A stretch of 64,000 bases of DNA from Rhizobium sp. Q54 (GCA_945882615.1 CAMCWK010000012.1:6399-70398); one strand, 5' to 3'. Positions 7,894-17,347 are shown, numbered from the stretch's first letter. Notes: a model not told the origin generated them from the sequence alone. Numbers and translations: made by a program.

Positions 7894-8805
7894 ATGTCTG
7901 ATCTGTCCCGCCGTACCGTTTTTGCCATCACCGCCGCTGCCGTGGCTCTCCCCCATGCCGCGTTCGCGCAGACGCCGATCCTCAAGCGCCGCGTTCCCCA
8001 GACCGGCTTCATGCTGCCGGTGGTGGGCATCGGCACCTCGCAGGTGTTCGAGTTCGAGAACGATCCCGCCAAGCTGGAAGAGCGCAAGGCCGTGGTGCGC
8101 AACCTGCTGGCGGGCGGCGGCAGCCTGATCGACACCGCCGCCAGCTACGGCACCGCCGAGGCCAATGTCGGCACCGTGATGGCCGAAACCAAGACGCGGC
8201 CCCAGATCTTCCTGGCGACCAAGTTCTCCAGCCGCGACACCCGCGCCGAAGCCGAGGCCGAGCTGAAACAGTCCTTCGCCCGGCTCAGGACCAATACTGT
8301 CGACCTGCAACAGGCCCACAACGTCAACGATCCCAATTTCTCCTGCGCCCAGATGAAGGAATGGAAGGCGGCCGGCCACTGCAAGCATTACGGCATCACT
8401 TCCAGCTTCGACGGCGCCTATGACGCGCTGGCGCCGGTGCTGCGGCGCGAGAAGCCCGAATTCTTCCAGATCAACTATTCACTGGGCGACCGCGATGCCG
8501 AAAAGCTGCTGCTGCCGCTGGCCATGGACAGCGGCAGCGCGGTGCTGACCAACCTGCCCTTCGGCCGCAACTCCATGTTCAAGCGGGTGGCGGGCAAGCA
8601 ATTGCCGGACTTCGCCAAGGAGATCGACTGCACCAGCTTCGCGCAGCTGTTCCTGAAGTATAACCTGTCGCATCCGGCAGTGACCGCGGTGATCCCCGGC
8701 ACCGACCTGTCCAAATACATGCTGGACAATCTGAATGCCGGACGCGGCCGCATGCCCGACGCCGCCTTCCGCCGCCGCATCGAGCAATGGTGGGAAACCG
8801 TCTGA
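7894..8805 (+). CDS. Aldo/keto reductase with twin-arginine (Tat) signal peptide
   Basis: N-terminus MSDLSRRTVFAITAAAVALPHAAFAQ. AKR-like body (GIGTSQVF, IDTAASYG, HNVND, LTNLPFG). Confidence 0.8.
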   Translation: MSDLSRRTVFAITAAAVALPHAAFAQTPILKRRVPQTGFMLPVVGIGTSQVFEFENDPAKLEERKAVVRNLLAGGGSLIDTAASYGTAEANVGTVMAETKTRPQIFLATKFSSRDTRAEAEAELKQSFARLRTNTVDLQQAHNVNDPNFSCAQMKEWKAAGHCKHYGITSSFDGAYDALAPVLRREKPEFFQINYSLGDRDAEKLLLPLAMDSGSAVLTNLPFGRNSMFKRVAGKQLPDFAKEIDCTSFAQLFLKYNLSHPAVTAVIPGTDLSKYMLDNLNAGRGRMPDAAFRRRIEQWWETV

Positions 8806-8858
8806 TCTGACGCCCATCAGGGGTTAGAAAAAGCCGCGGCGCACACTATATTGCGGCC

Positions 8859-11249
<2,391 letters not shown>

Positions 11250-11343
11250 GGCCGGTCCGGCCTCAAGCCGCGCTTGGACGCGCGGCTTTGCGGCGTTCGC
11301 CCGGGCGAAAGGTCCACTGGACCTTTCGCTCTTCCCGGCTCAC
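11250..11343 (-). repeat. 94-bp palindrome-rich insert (GGTCCAGTGGACC family) between duplicated uvrB 3' ends
   Basis: Contains GGCCGGTCCGGCC and GCGAAAGGTCCACTGGACCTTTCGC. Its reverse complement aligns with 2161-2205 and 13741-13790. Flanked by 30-nt copies at 11220-11249 and 11344-11373. Confidence 0.7.
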
Positions 11344-11362
11344 CCCAAGACGTTTGGTTCGC

Positions 11363-11965
11363 GTGCCCGATAGCAACCCGGCCGTCCATCACGATCTGGA
11401 AGATGTGGTCAACTACCTCATCGAATGCTGCATCAAGGATGCCGATGGCCGCCTGTCGGTCGATGAGTTGATGGACGCCATCGGCCAGCGCACCTTCGGG
11501 CCGTTGCTGCTGGTGCCCAGCCTGATCGCGGTGTCGCCGGTGGGCGCGATACCGGGGCTTCCTCTCTTTACCTCGATCGTGATCGTGCTGGTGGCCACCG
11601 CGATCCTCTTGCATCACGACCATGTCTGGATTCCGCGCTGGCTGGGGCGCCGCTCGGTCGATGCCGGCAAGATGGAACGCGGCCTGACAAAGTTCCGCCC
11701 GGTGGCGCGCTTCATCGATCACCTGCTGATGCCGCGCCTGACCTGGCTGACCTGGGGGCCCTTCTTCTACCTGATCGCGGTGGTGGTGCTGTTGATCGGG
11801 CTGGTGACGCCGATCCTGGAACTGGTGCCGCTGGGCGGCATTCCGCCCAATGCGGCGGTGGTGGCTTTTTCGCTGGCGATCATCGCCAAGGACGGGCTGT
11901 GGGCTCTGATCGCTTTCGCATTTACCATCGCGAGCGGCGCCTGGCTGGTGCAACTGGCGTTTTAG
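11363..11965 (+). CDS. exoD: ExoD-family exopolysaccharide synthesis membrane protein
   Basis: LSVDELMDAIGQRTFGPLLLVPSLIAVSP... plus C-terminal TM segments are typical of ExoD. The start is uncertain (GTG 11363, TTG 11354 or further upstream). Confidence 0.7.
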   Translation: MPDSNPAVHHDLEDVVNYLIECCIKDADGRLSVDELMDAIGQRTFGPLLLVPSLIAVSPVGAIPGLPLFTSIVIVLVATAILLHHDHVWIPRWLGRRSVDAGKMERGLTKFRPVARFIDHLLMPRLTWLTWGPFFYLIAVVVLLIGLVTPILELVPLGGIPPNAAVVAFSLAIIAKDGLWALIAFAFTIASGAWLVQLAF

Positions 11966-12215
11966 GCGCGCGGTAAACCACTGTTCGTAAGGGATAAATC
12001 CGGTAACCGCCCTGTCTGCATTGTTATTTAAGGCCAAAGCGACTATATCAGGCGTCACGTGGTTCTTGCGTCCCTGTCAGACGAAGCGCTTCTGTCTTTC
12101 TGACCCGCCTACACGCGCGCCGGACGAACCGAAAAACTTCCCTACCAGTTAGCCTAGTTTCCACGGCCGCCTATGCATTTCGCATGGGCGGAACCGATGA
12201 TTTAAAGGAAATATC

Positions 12216-12422
12216 ATGACCATCGGCACCGTGAAGTTCTTCAATTCCACCAAGGGTTTCGGTTTCATCTCGCCGGAAGGCGGCGGCAAGGACGTGTTTG
12301 TGCACGCCTCGGCCGTTGAAGCTGCCGGCATGCGCACCCTGAACGAAGGCCAGAAAGTGAACTTCGACATCCAGCCGGATGCGCGCGGCTCCAAGGCCGC
12401 CAATCTGTCGGCGGCTGATTAA
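12216..12422 (+). CDS. cspA: Cold-shock protein (CSD)
   Basis: MTIGTVKFFNSTKGFGFISPEGGGKDVFVH carries the RNP1/RNP2 motifs. AAAGGAAA lies upstream of the ATG. Confidence 0.95.
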   Translation: MTIGTVKFFNSTKGFGFISPEGGGKDVFVHASAVEAAGMRTLNEGQKVNFDIQPDARGSKAANLSAAD

Positions 12423-12438
12423 GCTGCTGCAAGAAATC

Positions 12439-12475
12439 GGGCGGTGCGCGAAAACGCGCCGCCCGTTTTTCTTTT
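12439..12475 (+). terminator. Intrinsic terminator after cspA
   Basis: GGGCGGTGCGCG-aaaa-CGCGCCGCCC followed by GTTTTTCTTTT. Confidence 0.75.
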
Positions 12476-12494
12476 GCAAAAGGGAGATCCCCCC

Positions 12495-12743
12495 ATGACC
12501 GAGTCCAATTCGTCGCGCAAACGCGACGCCGCCATCCGCACCGCCAACGGCGCCTTTCAGGTGTGGGAATCCCGCACCCAGCTGGTGAAGCAGGAAATGC
12601 GGGCCGCCAGCGACGCCAATGACGCCAAGACCGCGCGCCTGAAGGCGCAGCGCCTGGAGAAGGAAAAGCAGGACGCCGAAGAGGCTGCCGCCAATCCGCC
12701 CCCGCCCAAGAAAAAGTCCGTCAAGCGCATCACCGCCGGCTGA
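12495..12743 (+). CDS. Small charged hypothetical protein (82 aa)
   Basis: ATG 12495 with GGGAG 8 nt upstream. Lys/Glu/Ala-rich helix-like sequence. No known motif. Confidence 0.55.
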   Translation: MTESNSSRKRDAAIRTANGAFQVWESRTQLVKQEMRAASDANDAKTARLKAQRLEKEKQDAEEAAANPPPPKKKSVKRITAG

Positions 12744-12746
12744 CGC

Positions 12747-13607
12747 TTGGCCTGTTTTCGCATCCGTCACCGCACCCAGTATCTCTACAACCAGCCTGTT
12801 CGCCTCGGTCCGCACCGCCTTGTGCTGCGGCCCCGCGAAAGCCATGAGCTGCGGCTGATCTCGCTCGATATCGTCACCACGCCCGACTGCACCCTCACCT
12901 GGGCGGGCGATGTCTTCGGCAATGCCATCGCCACCGCTTCGTTCGACCCGCAGATGGCGCGCGCCGAAGCCTTGATCATTGAAAGCACCGCTATGGTGGA
13001 GCTGACCAGCGATGCCTGGCCGGTGTTTCCCATCGCCGCGTCCGCCGCCGCATTTCCGTTTCGCTACAGCGTGGATGAGCGCGCCGACCTGGGGGCGCTG
13101 CGCGAGCCGCAATATCTCGACACCATGCAGCGGTTGCGGGACTGGGCCAAAGGTTTCGTGCGCTCCAATCCCACCGACACCCTGTCGCTGCTGAAGGATC
13201 TGAACGCCGGGGTTTCCGCCGCCGTCAGCTACCAGGCGCGCGAGGATGAAGGCACCCAGTCGCCGTCGCACACCTTGAATGCCGGGCGCGGCTCCTGCCG
13301 CGACATGGCGGTGCTGTTCGCCGAGGCCGCGCGCGCGCTGGGCCTGGGGGCGCGCATCGTCTCGGGCTATCTCTACAATCCGGCCAGTCCCATGGGCACC
13401 ACCCATGCCTGGGCCGAGGTCTTCGTGCCGGGCGCCGGCTGGATCACCTTCGATCCCACCAACCGCCAGATGGGCGGCTTCAACCTGATCCCCGTGGCGG
13501 TGGCCCGCGACCTGTCGCAGGTGATGCCCGTCAGCGGCAACTATATCGGCACCAGCAGCGACATGGCCCGCCTGACCGTCGCCGTCGAAGTCACCCCGCA
13601 CACCTGA
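12747..13607 (+). CDS. Transglutaminase-like cysteine protease family protein
   Basis: N-terminal FRIRHRTQYLY (bacterial transglutaminase N-domain). Core has GSCRDMAVLF, THAWAEVF and ITFDPTN (Cys-His-Asp triad). Confidence 0.85.
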   Translation: MACFRIRHRTQYLYNQPVRLGPHRLVLRPRESHELRLISLDIVTTPDCTLTWAGDVFGNAIATASFDPQMARAEALIIESTAMVELTSDAWPVFPIAASAAAFPFRYSVDERADLGALREPQYLDTMQRLRDWAKGFVRSNPTDTLSLLKDLNAGVSAAVSYQAREDEGTQSPSHTLNAGRGSCRDMAVLFAEAARALGLGARIVSGYLYNPASPMGTTHAWAEVFVPGAGWITFDPTNRQMGGFNLIPVAVARDLSQVMPVSGNYIGTSSDMARLTVAVEVTPHT

Positions 13608-13654
13608 CCGCGCCACGTTTGTCAGCGGCGCGCGTTACCCCCTAAAGTCACCGC

Positions 13655-13800
13655 GTCATTCCCGTGCACTCACCTTGTCATTCCCGGCGAGCGGTCCAAA
13701 GGACCGCGAGGGAGCGAGGAACGGGGGGCGCAGCGCCCGAGCAGGTCCAGTGGACCTGCGAGAGTGACGAGCGCGCCGAGCTCGGGCGAGGCGCGGGACC
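13655..13800 (+). repeat. Cluster of intergenic structured repeats (GTCATTCCCG direct repeat plus two GGTCC..GGACC hairpins)
   Basis: GTCATTCCCG occurs twice (13655, 13677). GCGGTCCAAAGGACCGC, then GCAGGTCCAGTGGACCTGC followed by GAGAGTGACGAGCGCGCCGAGCTCGGGCGAGGCGCGGG, which parallels 2161-2220. Confidence 0.7.
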
Positions 13801-13825
13801 GGCCTATCAATTTTGGAATGCATAG

Positions 13826-14275
13826 ATGTCCCGAGCCTTCGTCAAGGAAACCGCCGAATCCGCCCCGCCGCCCGAGCGCATGGTCGACGAAGGCCCCAAC
13901 CTCGTCACCCCCGAAGGCATGGCCCAGATCGAAGCCCACATCGCCCGCATCGAAGCCAGCATGAAAACCGAAGCCAATGTCCTGCTGCGCGAAACCCTGG
14001 CGCGCGATCTGCGCTATTGGGAAATCCGCAAAAGCACCGCCGAAGTGGTGACACCGCCCTGCGACGGCACCGTCTCCTTCGGCTGCACCGTCACCATCGA
14101 ACGCAAGGGCCGCCAGCAAACCTTCCGCATCGTCGGCGTGGACGAAGCTGATGCCTCCAAAGGCTGGATTTCATTCCGGTCACCCATGGCGCAAGCCATC
14201 CTTGGCGCAAGCACTGGCGACGTCCTCGAAGCAGCAGAACCGTTGGGAGAGATCGAGATTATAAACGCAACGTGA
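13826..14275 (+). CDS. GreA/GreB-family (Rnk-like) transcription factor
   Basis: MSRAFVKE..., an N-terminal coiled-coil-like region and a C-terminal GCTVTI...FRIVG.DEAD...ISFRSPMAQAILG Gre C-domain pattern. Confidence 0.8.
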   Translation: MSRAFVKETAESAPPPERMVDEGPNLVTPEGMAQIEAHIARIEASMKTEANVLLRETLARDLRYWEIRKSTAEVVTPPCDGTVSFGCTVTIERKGRQQTFRIVGVDEADASKGWISFRSPMAQAILGASTGDVLEAAEPLGEIEIINAT

Positions 14276-14283
14276 TGGGACAG

Positions 14284-15012
14284 TTAGGCGAGCAGTTCAT
14301 CAAGTTTAGTATTTAAAAACCTGCTGATTGAGCTTCTCGCGCCATCCTTCACGAAATTTAGCATAGTCATAATCTCCACATCAGAAAGAGTAACGACATA
14401 TCCGTGACCATCGCGGGCAACATCGCGACACCTCTCCAGTAGCAACCGCTCGTTGTCTACCGACCGACACACAATAGCGCCGAAGTATCCGCGCACCGCA
14501 CTGAAGCGCATGGCAATTTGGTCGACTTCCGGATTGGCAACATCAGCCGAGTAGTTCTTACATTCAAAAACGACCGACAGCGCCCTTGTTTGCGGCGAAT
14601 TCAGTATGCGTGAGAAAAAGGGGCCGACCCCAGTGTTGGTGAATCTGATATCGATTTTCTTCCGGCCCTGATTGAGCGGGGCCTCTTTTTTTGGCGTAAT
14701 CAAGTTCGGGTAAAATAGAAAGTTGAGCACGCTCAGTATATAATTGTGGTACCGATCAGCCTCATCGCGCCCCGGTTTTATTTTTTGGAATTCACCCATC
14801 AAAATCTTTGCAAACGCGCGCTCGTCAAATCCTTTCTCAAAATCTTTGTTCTCTAGCGCTCCTTCCGCACCCTTTACCTTCTTGTAGTACTCCAACACCT
14901 CTGGATAACGTTGCACAAACTCAGCTAGCGCTGCTTTTGAATAGGGATGCTTTTCTTTCACGTCTTTTTTATAAACGTGTTTCTCTTTAGTTTTTTTAAG
15001 GACGTGCACCAA
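14284..15012 (-). CDS. Mrr-like PD-(D/E)XK nuclease-domain ORF on the AT-rich insert. It is in frame with the upstream ORF and separated from it only by TGA.
   Basis: KIDIRF (D) ... VVFECKNY (E-x-K) ... NPEVDQI ... GAIVCRS follows the restriction-endonuclease core layout. About 42% G+C. Only TTG/GTG start candidates and no Shine-Dalgarno, so it is probably the C-terminal part of a longer disrupted gene. Confidence 0.6.
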   Translation of the reverse strand: MVHVLKKTKEKHVYKKDVKEKHPYSKAALAEFVQRYPEVLEYYKKVKGAEGALENKDFEKGFDERAFAKILMGEFQKIKPGRDEADRYHNYILSVLNFLFYPNLITPKKEAPLNQGRKKIDIRFTNTGVGPFFSRILNSPQTRALSVVFECKNYSADVANPEVDQIAMRFSAVRGYFGAIVCRSVDNERLLLERCRDVARDGHGYVVTLSDVEIMTMLNFVKDGARSSISRFLNTKLDELLA

Positions 15013-15815
15013 TCAAGAATTGGCCCGAATGTGTTCGGCGCGCAAATACTCGATCATGTGGAAATTGTAGAATTCTTGGCTATCGAGAGAAATCCTCCTC
15101 CGCACAGAATACTTTGGAACAAGGATGACGGGTGCCCCATTAATAAAAGGGATATCGCAATATTTTGCCTCCCAACGTTTCGTCTGTTCGTTCCATATCG
15201 GTGGACCGGCATACTGCGTTAGTGCCTTGATGCCATACAGTTCGCACTGTTCCTGCGTGTAATTGATAAGCTTTCCACGAAGCACATTCGTGGTTAGATC
15301 GGAGATCATGTCAGGACCAATACCGTCTATGAACAATTCCGCTTCCGACAAATCACTCAGCAGCCCAGATTTGATTGCAGCGCTGTTCTTCAACGCATGA
15401 AGTATTCGATTTCCCTGAACGGTACCCAAACCCCGACCCTGCGGCGCACCTTTTGATAGCCCGAGATATGTTTCTCTCGGCTCATGCAAGTGCGCTATCA
15501 AGTGCTGAGCCCGCGTGTCGTTTTGATTACGCAAAGCATCCAGGAGTTCTTGAAAATAGGATTGTATGGCATCGGTGCAGCTTGCCGACCACTCGTCTTG
15601 CTTTATCTCGATCCCATAAGGATCCAAAAAAGCGGGAGATCACGCTCGGTGTCGATATTGACGAAGTCTAATTGTGCCTGCGGAAGATTGATGCCGAAAT
15701 GTTGCGTGAAGCCAGCCACTGATCCCTCCAAAAATGCAGACTTAAATATTCGCGGATGCCGAATACTATTGTTGAAATTCTGAGGTAATAATTTCGCGGC
15801 TTTTTGAGCTATCAT
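15013..15815 (-). pseudogene. N-terminal part of the same foreign gene, split by a frameshift at a T6 (plus-strand A6) run
   Basis: ORF 15815-15603 (ATG with GGAG upstream) and ORF 15627-15013 join as ...DTERDLPLF-LDPYGIEIKQ... if one T is added to the run at 15626-15631. The product ends at TGA 15015-15013. Confidence 0.6.
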
Positions 15816-15915
15816 CGCTCCGGTCTATGTGGGAGCGTTCAGTCTTCACTGTATGAGGAACCAACCCGCCCTTCACGCTTTTTCTCCCTTAGGCCGAATT
15901 CGCGGAGAAACTCCC

Positions 15916-16068
15916 ATGCCAAACAACAGCAAAACCATGGTCCTGTCCGCCGGCGCGGTGCTGGTTGTGGTGGTGGGCCTGTTCCTGTTCGGCGGCGGCC
16001 ATAATGACGGCCAGCCTTCGGCGCCCAGCGGGCCGGGCAACCCGACGCAAAACGACCTGGGCCGGTAA
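15916..16068 (+). CDS. Small single-TM hypothetical protein (50 aa)
   Basis: ATG 15916 with GGAG 9 nt upstream. One hydrophobic helix (VLSAGAVLVVVVGLFLF). Host-like GC. Confidence 0.45.
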   Translation: MPNNSKTMVLSAGAVLVVVVGLFLFGGGHNDGQPSAPSGPGNPTQNDLGR

Positions 16069-16495
16069 TCTCTGGAAAGCATCTCGCCCACCATCTCGCT
16101 GCGGCAGAGCTTGGCGCCGTTGCGCGTCACCACGATGCCCGCAATTGTCAGACCAAAGTGCCATGCGCCGGCAGCGCCCGCTGCCTGACCAATAGTCAGT
16201 GGAATTTTCGCGCGGCCGCTCCATATCTTGTGGCCGCGCTGCTCTTGTGCCGCGCCGCTCCCTGCAAGTTGCAGTTGCGAAATCACGCCATGTGACCGGC
16301 CATTGCACAGCCGCCCGCCCGGGCGTATTGTCGCGGGTACGAGGAGTACGACCCGTCACAGTGAAGCGCACCTAGACTAATCCTGCCGCCTTTGAGTGCG
16401 CGCCTGGACGTGTTGACTTCCTTCCCTGCGACAATCGTAAAGCTTCGTCCGTACCGGCATTCCGCCGCGCGGGGTTTACTGCAGGAAGTACTGAC

Positions 16496-16699
16496 ATGAC
16501 GATCGGAACCGTGAAATTCTTCAACACCTCCAAGGGTTTTGGCTTCATCGCGCCGGAAGGCGGCGGCAAGGACGTGTTCGTGCACGCCACTGCCGTTGAA
16601 GCGGCCGGCCTGCGCTCGCTGAACGAAGGCCAGAAGGTCTCGTTCGACATCGTGCCGGACGCCCGTGGCGCCAAGGCCTCGAACCTGAAGGCCGTCTAA
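16496..16699 (+). CDS. cspA: Cold-shock protein (CSD), second paralogue
   Basis: MTIGTVKFFNTSKGFGFIAPEGGGKDVFVH. Roughly 85% nucleotide identity by eye to 12216-12422. Confidence 0.95.
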   Translation: MTIGTVKFFNTSKGFGFIAPEGGGKDVFVHATAVEAAGLRSLNEGQKVSFDIVPDARGAKASNLKAV

Positions 16700-16726
16700 G
16701 TCACGGTCTGATGTTTTGAATGAGAA

Positions 16727-16760
16727 AGAGCCGGTGGAGAAATCCACCGGCTCTTTTTTT
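16727..16760. terminator. Intrinsic terminator after cspA paralogue
   Basis: AGAGCCGGTGGA-gaaa-TCCACCGGCTCT followed by a T7 run. Confidence 0.85.
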
Positions 16761-16763
16761 GGC

Positions 16764-16825
16764 TTCACCCTCGACAGGCTCAGGGTGAGGCAACAGGCTC
16801 ACCCTTCGACAAGCTCAGGGTGAGG
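16764..16825. repeat. Two tandem about 28-bp palindromic units (CTCACCCT..GCTCAGGGTGAG)
   Basis: TTCACCCTCGACAGGCTCAGGGTGAG and GCTCACCCTTCGACAAGCTCAGGGTGAG. Confidence 0.8.
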
Positions 16826-16832
16826 GAGATTT

Positions 16833-16948
16833 TTACTGAGAGGCGGCCGTGTTGGACGGGCGCGGCGGGAGCAGCGGCGAACGCGAGCGCAGCGAGCGCC
16901 TCGCCGTGCGACCCGAAATTACTGCGAGGCCGTATTGGACGGCCTCGC
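16833..16948 (-). repeat. Duplicated gene 3' end (30/33 nt including TAA) flanking a 53-bp GC-rich insert
   Basis: On the coding strand, GCGAGGCCGTCCAATACGGCCTCGCAGTAA (16948-16919, the active end) versus CCGCGCCCGTCCAACACGGCCGCCTCTCAGTAA (16865-16833). Confidence 0.75.
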
Positions 16949-17347
16949 AAAAGTCAGCGTGATTTCCTTCTGCGGACCGTTGCCGTCGGTGGTGAAGTTC
17001 TGGCTGGTGGTGCCGCCGCCGACCTTCAGCGTCGCGGTGGCGGTGTAGCTGCCGGCCGCCGGCTTGAACAGGATCCAGGGCGCGTCGCAATCCAGCCCCG
17101 CCACATCCTTGCCGCCCTGCGAAAGCGAGACATGGGCATTGGCGAGATTGGCGCCGCCGGTGGTGGCCAGCACGATCTTGACCGGATAGGCGGCCCAGCG
17201 CGGATCGTCCTTGGAGGAGCCGACGCCGGTGCAGACGGTCTCGACGCCGTTGATGGTGGTGGGAGTGTCCTGCACCGCCAGCGCCTGGCCGGCCAGCATG
17301 GTGAGGGGGAAGAAGGCCGCGGCGGCGGTCATGACGAATGCGCGCAT
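16919..17347 (-). CDS. Secreted hypothetical protein (142 aa)
   Basis: ATG 17347 with GGAG upstream. Signal peptide MRAFVMTAAAAFFPLTMLAGQALA. Beta-rich mature part with two Cys. Confidence 0.7.
   Translation of the reverse strand: MRAFVMTAAAAFFPLTMLAGQALAVQDTPTTINGVETVCTGVGSSKDDPRWAAYPVKIVLATTGGANLANAHVSLSQGGKDVAGLDCDAPWILFKPAAGSYTATATLKVGGGTTSQNFTTDGNGPQKEITLTFARPSNTASQ

Noticed and set aside
6564-8135. 523-aa minus-strand ORF spanning the transporter and aldo/keto reductase genes
   Set aside because: It is antisense to two well-supported genes. Its R/G/A/H/Q-rich, low-complexity composition is typical of open antisense frames in GC-rich DNA. The same reasoning applies to 8817-11198, 12171-13616, 19204-20904, 34307-35893, 24678-25892 and similar long shadow ORFs in the track.
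15013-15015. Selenocysteine or programmed read-through at the in-frame TGA
   Set aside because: I saw no SECIS-like hairpin immediately downstream. The gene also carries an independent frameshift, so simple decay is more parsimonious.
15873-16286. 137-aa minus-strand ORF (and the overlapping 160-aa ORF 15889-16371)
   Set aside because: It overlaps the better-supported plus-strand small ORF, which has a Shine-Dalgarno. It has mixed third-codon positions, no RBS and no recognisable motif.
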